From Candidatus Peregrinibacteria bacterium (lineage in GTDB: Bacteria; Patescibacteriota; Gracilibacteria; UBA1369; LOWO2-01-FULL-3), in assembly GCA_030592015.1 (NCBI GenBank), contig JAUUZY010000002.1:8838-72837 (forward strand): a stretch of 64,000 bases of DNA, given 5' to 3'. A program made the position numbers and the translations under genes. The number at the start of each line of letters is the position of its first letter. Within the stretch, counting starts at the first letter, position 1. The notes below the pieces were generated by a model, which saw nothing but the letters and a program-made list of their open reading frames with translations, had not been told where the DNA came from and did not search any database. Below are positions 27,060 through 36,151 of the stretch, one piece after another.

Positions 27060-27458
27060 TCAAGGCAAGAACTCTCCTATTATTTTTTCTATGGAAATTA
27101 TTTTCATGTCGGATGGTGGCTTTGCGGCTTTGAATCCTATTTTATACCAATATTTTCCTCCGTCTATTGTTGTGGCCAGTATTTTTACTGTGCTATTTGG
27201 TGGAGTTGGTTTTTGAACTTTAACTTTTGTTACTTTTTCAATTCTTTCCAGCTCTCTCATGATTTGATCTTTGTTTCTCTGTCCTTCCTCTAAATATTTG
27301 GCTTTAAATTTTTCCGGATCACTTTTGACGATCTTTATTATGTGGTTGTAGCTTGCTGCCATCATTTGTTTAACTAGGAAGTATGCTCCGACAAAAAAAC
27401 CGATCGGGAATATGAATGTGGAAATGAGTCCTATTATGTTTTCTATAGCTGATGGCAT
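27060..27458 (-). CDS. Hypothetical small membrane-anchored protein
   Basis: 132 aa. One N-terminal TM helix (IIGLISTFIFPIGFFVGAYFLV) and a charged helical segment. No family recognised. Confidence 0.5.
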   Translation of the reverse strand: MPSAIENIIGLISTFIFPIGFFVGAYFLVKQMMAASYNHIIKIVKSDPEKFKAKYLEEGQRNKDQIMRELERIEKVTKVKVQKPTPPNSTVKILATTIDGGKYWYKIGFKAAKPPSDMKIISIEKIIGEFLP

Positions 27459-27471
27459 TGTGTGTGTGTTA

Positions 27472-28206
27472 TTAACTTAAAAATTTCACGATAAACGGTA
27501 GTATTGCAATGAAGTATACTACTGTAAGGTATATTCTTTGTGCTTTTTCTGAAATATGAATGGACTTTTTTAGTGTGTGGCCTCCGATATATCCTCCAAT
27601 GAACATTCCGCTTCCCCACAAAAGCCATAGTGGGAACAGTATGTTTCCATAGTATATGTGTGCGATAACGACTGATATTGTTCCTATTGTTTCTATGAAT
27701 CTGGCTTGGATTTTTACAAAGACTATTTGTTTGTTTTTTGGGAAGGCAGTTCGAAGTAGGGCTACCAGTAATATGCTTATTCCTGCTCCTATAAAACCTG
27801 TGTAGAGTCCTAATAATATACTGAAAACTATTCTGGTTTTGCGAGTTATGAGATGTGCTATCTTTGGGCTTAGTTCAGATAAAAATATGGCTCCAATGAT
27901 TGCGAATATTAGATAGCTTTGGTCTACTTTTGCAATTGTTGCTGTTCCTATTATTGAGGCTATGACAAATGGAATTGTTATACTTAGAGTTTCCTTGATA
28001 TCGATTTTTTTCCATGTTCCAATTGTGCTGGCAACTCCTCTAGCGAGAGATCCAACTTTTATGTTTCCTACGATTTGCCCATATGAAAGTCCCGGGAAGA
28101 AGGTTTGTAGTAGAGGGATTGAGAGGAACATTGAGCCACCAAATAAAACACCAATTATTCCTATGCCTATGCTGCTTAGGAAAATAATTATGTACTGAAA
28201 TTCCAT
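27472..28206 (-). CDS. TauE/SafE-family anion (sulfite-type) exporter
   Basis: 244 aa, 7-8 TM helices, glycine-rich helices typical of the family (GVLFGGSMFLSIPLL ... GSGMFIGGYIGG). Confidence 0.7.
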   Translation of the reverse strand: MEFQYIIIFLSSIGIGIIGVLFGGSMFLSIPLLQTFFPGLSYGQIVGNIKVGSLARGVASTIGTWKKIDIKETLSITIPFVIASIIGTATIAKVDQSYLIFAIIGAIFLSELSPKIAHLITRKTRIVFSILLGLYTGFIGAGISILLVALLRTAFPKNKQIVFVKIQARFIETIGTISVVIAHIYYGNILFPLWLLWGSGMFIGGYIGGHTLKKSIHISEKAQRIYLTVVYFIAILPFIVKFLS

Positions 28207-28219
28207 TTTTCTTAAGTGA

Positions 28220-29527
28220 TTATTCTACTAGTTCGCCGTCTCTTACTATGATTTTTCCGTTTACTATTGTTTCTGTGACTACTCCGTTTAGTGTCATACC
28301 GTGGAATGGTGAGTTTTGTCCTTTTGATTCAAATTTTGTTCTGTCGATTTTTACTTTTGCCTTTGGGTCAAAGATTGTTATGTCTGCGTCAGCTCCTTTA
28401 GATAGTGTTCCTTTTTTTAGTTTTAGAATTTTTGAAGGATTGACGGTCATTTTTGCAATTGCTTCTTTCATGGATAGTACTTTTTTGTCTACCAGGTTGC
28501 TTATTACTAGTGGAAGCATTGTCTCAAATCCTACTATTCCCGGTGGAGCTTGATCGAATTCTCTCTCTTTTTCTGTCCAGAGATGTGGTGCATGGTCAGT
28601 TGCTATTACAGATATTGTTCCGTCTTTTAGTCCTTTAAGTAGAGCTTTTCTGTGGTCTTCACTTCGAAGTGGGGGATTTACTTTTGCGTATGTGTCGTAG
28701 TTGTTTATTGCTTCATCAGTTAGTGAGAAATGATGAGGCGTTACGTCGGCAGTGATGTTTAGTTTTTTGCTTTTTGCCAGCCTGATTAGGTCTACTGATC
28801 CTTTTGATGATACGTGTGTGAAATGCATTTGATGTCCTGTGTCTTCTACTAGGCAGATGATTCTTGCTGTGGCTGCGTCTTCTGCACATGCAGGAATTCC
28901 TTTTAGTCCTAGCATGCTGGAGACTGCACCTTCATGCATTTGTCCGTCTTTGCTGAGATCCTTATCTTCTGTGTGTGAGAGAATTGGCATGTCGTACGTC
29001 TTGCAGTACTGCATTGCTTTTCGATATACATCTATATTTTGTATGTCGAATCCATCGTCAGTTACTACAACTGCTCCTGTTTGTTGAAGTTCCCATATTT
29101 CAGAAATTTCTTTTCCCGTTTCTCCTTTTGTGATTGAACCTGATACGAATATGTTAACTACTGAGTCTGTTTTTGCTTTTGAAAGGATGTATTCCAATAC
29201 TGCTTGATTGTCGCCGACCGGACTTGTGTTTGGCATAGCGACTACGGATGTGATTCCTCCTTTTGCCGCTGCTCTTGATGCTGTCTTTATAGTTTCCTTG
29301 TCTTCACGGCCCGGTTCTCTTAGGTGGACGTGTATGTCTACAAATCCCGGGCATACAACTTTGTTTTTTGCGTCTATTATTTCAATACCTTCATCTGTTT
29401 TGTGTTTTTTTTCTAAACCCTTTCCTATTTGTGCAATTTTCCCGTCTTTTACCAAGATATCTGCTTTTAGATCCTTTTTATTTGCAGGGTCTATGATTCT
29501 TCCGTTTATGATGAGTAGTTTTTTCAT
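28220..29527 (-). CDS. pyrC: Dihydroorotase (class I)
   Basis: 435 aa. GFVDIHVHLREPG metal-binding motif; ATDHAPH. Confidence 0.93.
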   Translation of the reverse strand: MKKLLIINGRIIDPANKKDLKADILVKDGKIAQIGKGLEKKHKTDEGIEIIDAKNKVVCPGFVDIHVHLREPGREDKETIKTASRAAAKGGITSVVAMPNTSPVGDNQAVLEYILSKAKTDSVVNIFVSGSITKGETGKEISEIWELQQTGAVVVTDDGFDIQNIDVYRKAMQYCKTYDMPILSHTEDKDLSKDGQMHEGAVSSMLGLKGIPACAEDAATARIICLVEDTGHQMHFTHVSSKGSVDLIRLAKSKKLNITADVTPHHFSLTDEAINNYDTYAKVNPPLRSEDHRKALLKGLKDGTISVIATDHAPHLWTEKEREFDQAPPGIVGFETMLPLVISNLVDKKVLSMKEAIAKMTVNPSKILKLKKGTLSKGADADITIFDPKAKVKIDRTKFESKGQNSPFHGMTLNGVVTETIVNGKIIVRDGELVE

Positions 29528-29543
29528 TGCTTCTATAATTATG

Positions 29544-30542
29544 TTAGAACAATCTTTCTTTTACGGTTTTTATATCGCGTTTCTCTGAGAATAACCAGAG
29601 TAGTATGAATCGTATGCAGTAACCGCTGAATACTTGTCTTGTGACCATTGATGCCTTTGTTTCCAGTACGTTTGTGTGGATATCCAATTCACGGACTACC
29701 GGTCCGGCGTGCATAACTATTGCGTCTTCTTTTGCCAATTTTAGTCTGTCTGCGTTTATGACATATGTTTTTGAGTATTCTCTTAGTGTTGGAACGTATG
29801 CTGTTGCTGCTCTTTCTGTTTGAAGTCTTAGTACGTAGATTACATCGGCGTCTACCAGTGCGTCTTCAATTTTTGCTTCGTATTTTATTCCCCAGTCTTC
29901 AAGATTAGGTCTTATTAATGTGCGAGGTGCTGTTACTACTATTTTCATTCCATACATTTTGGCCACTCTTGCTAGTGATCCGAAAACTCTGCTGTGTAGA
30001 ATGTCTCCCACTATTACTAGTTTTTTGTTTTTTAAATTTTTCCCTGCAAATTTCTTCATTGTATATAGATCGAGCAATCCTTGTGATGGATGTTCGTTCC
30101 ACCCGTCTCCTGCGTTTATTACCGCTGCTTTTACGTTCTTTGCAAAAAACCTTACAGCTCCTGATGAGCTGGTTCTCATTACTATTATTTCCGGTTGCAT
30201 CTGGTCGAGAGTGACCGCTGTGTCTAGGAGTGTTTCTCCTTTTTTCATTGAAGATTTATCTGAGCTTATGTTTATTGTGTCAGCTCCTAGGTTTTTCCCT
30301 GCGAGTTCAAATGATGTCCTTGTTCTTGTAGAGTTTTCCATGAAGAAATTGAGTTGAGTTTTTCCTCTTAGGAAATCAACCTTCTTCATTTTTCCTTGTA
30401 GAAAGGTTTCTGCTTCTTCTGCCATTTCCATGATCATTTCTATTTCTGTCTTTTTGAGATCATTGATGCTTATTAGGTCATTGCAGGATAAATTACGTCC
30501 TTTACGAATTTTGTTTAGTTTTGTAAGGAGTTTGTTTTCCAT
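29544..30542 (-). CDS. pyrB: Aspartate carbamoyltransferase catalytic subunit
   Basis: STRTRTSFE and HPSQGLLD motifs. I prefer the start at ATG 30542 (MENKLLTKLNK) over the track start 30581. Confidence 0.93.
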   Translation of the reverse strand: MENKLLTKLNKIRKGRNLSCNDLISINDLKKTEIEMIMEMAEEAETFLQGKMKKVDFLRGKTQLNFFMENSTRTRTSFELAGKNLGADTINISSDKSSMKKGETLLDTAVTLDQMQPEIIVMRTSSSGAVRFFAKNVKAAVINAGDGWNEHPSQGLLDLYTMKKFAGKNLKNKKLVIVGDILHSRVFGSLARVAKMYGMKIVVTAPRTLIRPNLEDWGIKYEAKIEDALVDADVIYVLRLQTERAATAYVPTLREYSKTYVINADRLKLAKEDAIVMHAGPVVRELDIHTNVLETKASMVTRQVFSGYCIRFILLWLFSEKRDIKTVKERLF

Positions 30543-30659
30543 GTGTTGTAGTTGAAGCCCTATTGTGTAACAAATTATCATTTTGCTTTGTGTTTAGTCA
30601 ATATCTAATGTAAATTGTGGGGTGATATTTCACGATTTAATTATTAAACCCTTACTCTC

Positions 30660-31151
30660 ATGAAAAAATTATTATTAATATTATCTTCTTTGTTCTTATT
30701 GCTTGGGCTTTCGGCTTGTAGTGTTGGAGATATGTTCATAGATGAAGTTGCAGTTCACAACGGTTTAGTTGAAGCACTTGATAATGTTTTGGACTCTGAG
30801 GAGGCTTTTTTCCAGGAATATATTATTTTGTTTGATGGTGATACTCCTGATGCTTTGAGAGGTCTTTATAATGATTTTGTAGCAGCAGCAGCTGACTTGG
30901 ATACTTACTTTATAGAAACTGAATTTGCGTCTTCTCAAAATATATTTAGAGAAGGGTACAATTCTTTCTACAGACCATTTGTGAATGAATATATTAGTTA
31001 TGCTGAAGGATTTGTGACAGCACTTGAGACTGAAGGGGTTTCTTTTGAAATCATGGAGCCATTCCTTGACGAGCTAGATCAATATACTTTAGACTTTGTT
31101 GATACTCACAATAAGCTTATAGATACAGTTAATGAGCAATCCACTGAATAA
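30660..31151 (+). CDS. Lipoprotein, unknown function (paralog 1)
   Basis: MKKLLLILSSLFLLLGLSAC lipobox. All-helical, acidic. Confidence 0.65.
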   Translation: MKKLLLILSSLFLLLGLSACSVGDMFIDEVAVHNGLVEALDNVLDSEEAFFQEYIILFDGDTPDALRGLYNDFVAAAADLDTYFIETEFASSQNIFREGYNSFYRPFVNEYISYAEGFVTALETEGVSFEIMEPFLDELDQYTLDFVDTHNKLIDTVNEQSTE

Positions 31152-31674
31152 GATTTTTCTTAAAAAGAGTGGTCTCTTCATTCTTGTTATTCTGATAGTT
31201 TTTGCTTTACAAGGATGTGACTTTTTTGTGGCTAAGAGGATTGGATTTGATAGGGTTATGGGGTCTATGGATAGAGTCTTTCTTGCTGAAGATAATTTTA
31301 CTAGTGAAATTAACAAGTATTTTGCACTTTCGGTTAGAAATGATATAGCGATTGATTTTGTTAATTATGTTTTTAATGAATTCTCTTTGTCCTACAATGG
31401 GTTGAATCGGGTTCTGGATGAAACAGAATTTACTGAAGAGCAAAAGATTGCGAATGAAAAGTTCTATACTTTTTATAAGCCTTATCTTGATGAATATATG
31501 GCTTTTTCTCAAACGCTTTTTGAAGATATTAAAAACAATGGTTATTCAGTCGACTGGCTGGATGATGAGCTTGAAACACTACAGGAGTATAGTGATAAAT
31601 TTTTCTTTGTTCATAATGAAATGATTAATGTTTGGTTGAATGAGGAATATCATATTTCGATAATAGATTTTTAG
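31132..31674 (+). CDS. Lipoprotein, unknown function (paralog 2)
   Basis: FILVILIVFALQGC lipobox. The C-terminal half aligns with paralog 1 (YKPYLDEYMAFSQTLFEDIKNNGYSV versus YRPFVNEYISYAEGFVTALETEGVSF). Overlaps paralog 1 by 20 nt. Confidence 0.6.
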   Translation: MSNPLNKIFLKKSGLFILVILIVFALQGCDFFVAKRIGFDRVMGSMDRVFLAEDNFTSEINKYFALSVRNDIAIDFVNYVFNEFSLSYNGLNRVLDETEFTEEQKIANEKFYTFYKPYLDEYMAFSQTLFEDIKNNGYSVDWLDDELETLQEYSDKFFFVHNEMINVWLNEEYHISIIDF

Positions 31675-31745
31675 GCAAAAGGCTTGAGACTTTATGTGCT
31701 TTTGGGTAATAGTGTGAGTGGTAAATATATTTTTAGGTAAATTTC

Positions 31746-32663
31746 ATGACAAATTTGGAACTAGAGTTCTGTGGTGTACATTTTGAGAATCCGACAGTTC
31801 TTGCTTCCGGAGTTTTAGGTGTTACTGCAAGCTCTTTGAAGAATGTTGTGAGGAATGGTGCTGGTGGTGTTACCACTAAGTCTATTTGGTTGACTGAGCA
31901 TATTGGTCATAACAATCCTACTATGTTTGGAACTTCCAGTTATTTTATGAATGCCGTGGGGCTTTCTGATGGCGGACTTACAAAGGCTCAGGAGGAAACT
32001 TTTCCTGAATATAACGAAGATAAAAAGGCTCCGATTATTGCGAATATAGTTGCTTCTAAAATTGATGATTTTGGTGAATTGGCTGAGAAGATTACGATAT
32101 CTGATCCGGATTTGATTGAGATAAATATCTCATGTCCGAATGTGGAGGATAAGTATGGAAAACCTTTCGCTTGCGATAGGGGAGATGCTGCATCTGTTAC
32201 TAGAGCTGTACGTGGAAAGACACGGAAGCCTATCATTGTGAAACTGTCTCCGAATGTTAATAATATTGTGGAAATTGCTCAGGCTTGTGCGAATGAGGGA
32301 GCGGATGGGTTTTGTCTGATTAATACTGTTGGGCCTGGGATGGCGATTGATATAGATCTTAGACGTCCTATTCTGACTAATAAGGTTGGAGGAATTTCTG
32401 GTCCTGCGATAAAGCCAATAGCTGTTAAGCATATCTATGATGTTTATAAGGCGACAGGATTGCCGATAATTGGAACTGGTGGTGTGATGACTGGAGAAGA
32501 TGCGATTGAGTTGATGATGGTTGGAGCGAGATTGATTGGAATGGGGACAATGGTTTATTATAGAGGGGTTGAAGGGTTTGGAAAAGTTGTGAAAGAGATG
32601 GAGGCTTGGTGTAAGAAAAATGGAGTTAAAAATATTGAAGATATTATTGGTGTAATTCCTTAA
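31746..32663 (+). CDS. pyrD: Dihydroorotate dehydrogenase, class 1B catalytic subunit
   Basis: 305 aa. NISCPN; GGISGPAIKPIA; IIGTGGV. Confidence 0.93.
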   Translation: MTNLELEFCGVHFENPTVLASGVLGVTASSLKNVVRNGAGGVTTKSIWLTEHIGHNNPTMFGTSSYFMNAVGLSDGGLTKAQEETFPEYNEDKKAPIIANIVASKIDDFGELAEKITISDPDLIEINISCPNVEDKYGKPFACDRGDAASVTRAVRGKTRKPIIVKLSPNVNNIVEIAQACANEGADGFCLINTVGPGMAIDIDLRRPILTNKVGGISGPAIKPIAVKHIYDVYKATGLPIIGTGGVMTGEDAIELMMVGARLIGMGTMVYYRGVEGFGKVVKEMEAWCKKNGVKNIEDIIGVIP

Positions 32664-32674
32664 ACATATTTCAA

Positions 32675-33487
32675 ATGGATGTGAAAAACTTTGATACAAG
32701 GCCGGTTGCTTTAGAGATAAAGAAGATTGTTGTGGAAAATGAGTCTACGAATACTTATATTTTTGAATATCCTTTAAACGGTAAGCCTGGGCAGTTTGTA
32801 ATGCTATGGATTCCCGGTTTTGACGAAAAGCCTTTTTCCATTGCTTATGATGATGGGAAAAAGTTTTGGTTAACTATTTGTAAGGTTGGTCCTGCTACTG
32901 AAGAATTGTTTAGATTTAAGGTGGGGGATAAGGTTGGAATTCGTGGACCTTTTGGAACTAATTATGAGGTGAAAAAGGGTGAGCATATTGCGGTTATTTC
33001 CGGTGGATATGGTGCGGCACCTATGTATTTTGTGACAAGAGAAGCCTTGGCTAAGGGAGTTAAGGTGGAATTTTTGACTGGGGCAAGGAATGAAGATTTA
33101 TTGCTTTATCGTGAAAGGGTGAAAGGGCTTGGTGGTGTTAACTTACATTTGTCTACTGATGATGGATCTGTTGGGCATAAGGGATATATCACTCATGTTT
33201 TGGAGAAGTTGTTGAAGGAGAAAAAGATTGATAAGGTTTTTGCTTGTGGGCCTGAATTGATGATGAAAGCTGTTGGTGAGATAGCAGAAAAAGCTGATGT
33301 TGAATGTCAGATGTCTGTGGAAAAATATATGAAATGTGGTTTTGGGGTTTGTGGACAGTGTGCTGTGGATGATACTGGGGAATTGGTTTGCAAGAAGGGG
33401 CCTGTGATGCCATGGAAATATGTTAAGAAATTGGGTGAATTTGGGAAATATCACAGAGATGCACAAGGTAAGAAACATTATTTTTAA
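32675..33487 (+). CDS. pyrK: Dihydroorotate dehydrogenase electron-transfer subunit (FAD/2Fe-2S)
   Basis: 270 aa. C-terminal cluster motif CGFGVCGQC. Lies directly after pyrD. Confidence 0.9.
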   Translation: MDVKNFDTRPVALEIKKIVVENESTNTYIFEYPLNGKPGQFVMLWIPGFDEKPFSIAYDDGKKFWLTICKVGPATEELFRFKVGDKVGIRGPFGTNYEVKKGEHIAVISGGYGAAPMYFVTREALAKGVKVEFLTGARNEDLLLYRERVKGLGGVNLHLSTDDGSVGHKGYITHVLEKLLKEKKIDKVFACGPELMMKAVGEIAEKADVECQMSVEKYMKCGFGVCGQCAVDDTGELVCKKGPVMPWKYVKKLGEFGKYHRDAQGKKHYF

Positions 33488-33498
33488 CTTTAAATATT

Positions 33499-34143
33499 AT
33501 GGAATTATCAAAAGAAATAGCTGCTAATTTACTTAAGCGAGAGGCTGTTAAGGTTAGTATAGATCCTCCATTTACATGGGTAAGCGGGATTAAATCTCCT
33601 GTTTATTGTGATAACAGAAAAATGATTGCGTTTCCTGAGGAAAGGAAGGCTGTTGTGGAAGGATTTAAAATCATAATGAATCAGAAGGGGTTGAAGCCTG
33701 ATGTTATTGGTGGAACTGCTACGGCGGCGATTCCTTGGGCTGCGTTTTTGGCTTATGACTTAGGTTTGCCGATGATTTATATCCGTCCTGAGAAGAAGGA
33801 ACATGGTGCGGGGAAGCAAATAGAGGGGCATTTGGAGGAAGGGCAGAATGTTTTGATTGTTGAGGATTTGATTTCTACAGGTGGGTCAAGTGTAAAGGCT
33901 GCAGAGGCTGTGAGAAATGAGGGAAAATGTATTGTTGAGGATATTTTTGCGATTGTGACTTGGGAGATTCCGAAGGCAGTTACAAGATTTGCTGAGGCAA
34001 ATATTAATCTGACCACATTAACTGATTATACAAATATTATTGGTCTTGCTGCTGAGAATGGGATTATTCCTGCAGATCAACTGGAAACAGTTTTGCAGTT
34101 TAAGGAAGATCCAGCTGCATGGGGTGAAAAAATGGGGTTTTAA
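33499..34143 (+). CDS. pyrE: Orotate phosphoribosyltransferase
   Basis: 214 aa. PRPP-binding motif VLIVEDLISTGGS. Confidence 0.92.
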   Translation: MELSKEIAANLLKREAVKVSIDPPFTWVSGIKSPVYCDNRKMIAFPEERKAVVEGFKIIMNQKGLKPDVIGGTATAAIPWAAFLAYDLGLPMIYIRPEKKEHGAGKQIEGHLEEGQNVLIVEDLISTGGSSVKAAEAVRNEGKCIVEDIFAIVTWEIPKAVTRFAEANINLTTLTDYTNIIGLAAENGIIPADQLETVLQFKEDPAAWGEKMGF

Positions 34144-34165
34144 TCAAATTTAATTCAAAGTTATT

Positions 34166-35110
34166 ATGGCTAAACATTTTGCAGATCGTTTAATTGAAGC
34201 GGTTCAGAAGAAAGGGAATCCGATTTGTGTTGGACTTGATCCGAGACTGGATCAAATACCGAGTTTTATAAAAGAGGCGGCGTTGGAAGGGAAAGATAGA
34301 AGTCCTACTGCTGCTGCTGCTGATTCGATAATTGCTTTCAACAAGGGGATTATTGATGCTGTTGCGGATATTGTTCCTGTAGTGAAGCCTCAAATTGCGT
34401 TTTATGAGATTTTTGGACATGAGGGGGTTCGTGCTTATGAGGAGACTATTAAGTATTCGCAGAAAAAAGGTCTTATTGTTATAGCTGATGCGAAGCGAAA
34501 TGATATTGGATCTACTGCTGCGGCTTATGCTCAGGCTTTTTTGGGTGAAGTAGAGATGTTTTCCGGGGAAGATGAAGTGGTTACACCTATTTTTGGGGCT
34601 GATAGTATTACCTTGAATGCTTATTTGGGGATAGATGGGATTAAGCCTTTCATTGAAGAATCAAGGAAATATGATACCGGGATGTTTATTTTGGTAAAAA
34701 CTTCCAATCCGAGTAGTGGAGATCTTCAGGATTTGGAATTGAAAGAGGCTGATAGTGTTTACAATATGATGGGGCATTTGGTTGATAGCTGGGGAGCTGA
34801 TGATCTTGGAGAGAGTGGATACAGTTGTGTTGGTGCGGTTGTGGGGGCTACTTATCCTTCACAGGCGAAGGAATTGAGACGTGTGATGCCGAGGAGTATT
34901 TTCTTGGTGCCGGGTTATGGAGCACAGGGGGGTGGAGCTGCTGATGTGAAGCCTTGTTTCAATAAAGATGGACTTGGAGCTGTGGTAAACAGTAGTAGAG
35001 GAATCATTTTTGCTTACCAGAAGCTGGATGGCTTTGAGGAAAAGCAATTTGGAGAAGCTGCGAGACAGGCTTGTATCAATATGAGAGAGGATTTGGCCAC
35101 CGTTCTTTAG
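34166..35110 (+). CDS. pyrF: Orotidine 5'-phosphate decarboxylase (long, type 2)
   Basis: 314 aa. VGLDP, IADAKRNDIGSTA and VPGYGAQGG motifs. Confidence 0.92.
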   Translation: MAKHFADRLIEAVQKKGNPICVGLDPRLDQIPSFIKEAALEGKDRSPTAAAADSIIAFNKGIIDAVADIVPVVKPQIAFYEIFGHEGVRAYEETIKYSQKKGLIVIADAKRNDIGSTAAAYAQAFLGEVEMFSGEDEVVTPIFGADSITLNAYLGIDGIKPFIEESRKYDTGMFILVKTSNPSSGDLQDLELKEADSVYNMMGHLVDSWGADDLGESGYSCVGAVVGATYPSQAKELRRVMPRSIFLVPGYGAQGGGAADVKPCFNKDGLGAVVNSSRGIIFAYQKLDGFEEKQFGEAARQACINMREDLATVL

Positions 35111-35895
35111 AGTAGTTTCTGCCAATCTTTGATGGAGAGTATTTGTGGACGACTGTCCAGGAATCCGAGTTCTTTTAATGTATCCAGTTTATCCGGAAGG
35201 GTGTTTGAGAGTTTTTTGCGTCTTTGTGAAAATGCTCTCTTTGCAAGTTTTAGAATCTTTAGACCTTCTTCTGTTGAAAGATGGTTTTCGTCGGATTTTG
35301 GGATAAGTTGGATGTGGATTATGCTTGAGTCCACTTTTGGTGCTGGTAGGAATGAACTTGCCGGTACTTTTCTTATTATTGTTGGAGTTCCAAATAAATT
35401 TACCTGTAGTGATAGGATTGTTGTTTTTCCTTTTTTTACACAAATTTTTTCTGCTACTTCCTTTTGTATTAATATTGTTATCGAAATTGGCCTGTTTTCA
35501 GCCTGTAGGAAATGATTTATCAGTGGAGAGGTTATATTGTATGGAATGTTGGCAACCACCTTGTACGGACCTGTGGGAGGTGGTATTTGAAGTGCATCTC
35601 CATGTATTAGTTTTATGTTTGTAAATTCTTTCAAAGTTTCCTCTAATGCAGGGAATAGACTCTCGTCCAATTCTACGGTGCTGAGTTTTTTGGCTCTCTT
35701 TGCAAGCTCTTTTGTTAGGACTCCAAGCCCCGGTCCTACTTCAACTATATGATCTTCTGAGTTTATTTTTGCAGCCTCTACAATTGAATCTAGTGCATCT
35801 CTATCTATGAGAAAGTTTTGGCCGAAGGATTTCTTAGCCCATAAATTATGTCTTTTTAGCAATCCTTGTATTTCTTCCGGATTAGATAGGTCCAT
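35107..35895 (-). CDS. rsmA: 16S rRNA (adenine1518/1519-N6)-dimethyltransferase
   Basis: 262 aa. KKSFGQNFL, VEVGPGLGVLT, VANIPYNITSP. Confidence 0.93.
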   Translation of the reverse strand: MDLSNPEEIQGLLKRHNLWAKKSFGQNFLIDRDALDSIVEAAKINSEDHIVEVGPGLGVLTKELAKRAKKLSTVELDESLFPALEETLKEFTNIKLIHGDALQIPPPTGPYKVVANIPYNITSPLINHFLQAENRPISITILIQKEVAEKICVKKGKTTILSLQVNLFGTPTIIRKVPASSFLPAPKVDSSIIHIQLIPKSDENHLSTEEGLKILKLAKRAFSQRRKKLSNTLPDKLDTLKELGFLDSRPQILSIKDWQKLL

Positions 35896-36151
35896 TGTCG
35901 ATTTTAATTAATTTCAGTGTATCTGTTTTTCCGCTGATTATGCTTATTGATGATTTTGGGATTTCTAGTTCTTTGCTTAGGAATTTTATCAATTCTGCAT
36001 TTGCTTTGCCTTTTTCCGGTGCTGCTTTGATTCGTATCTTTATTGTTTCTTCTCCACTGTGATCTTTCATTATTTCCGTGATCTCGTTTTTTGCACTTTT
36101 GGGTCTGACTTTTATTCTCAAGTAACCGTTATTTGTTAGTTTTATTTTCAT
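35882..36151 (-). CDS. DUF167 (YggU-like) protein
   Basis: 89 aa. IKAAPEKGKANAELIKFLSKEL...SGKTDTLKLIKI matches the family pattern. Confidence 0.8.
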   Translation of the reverse strand: MKIKLTNNGYLRIKVRPKSAKNEITEIMKDHSGEETIKIRIKAAPEKGKANAELIKFLSKELEIPKSSISIISGKTDTLKLIKIDNGPI

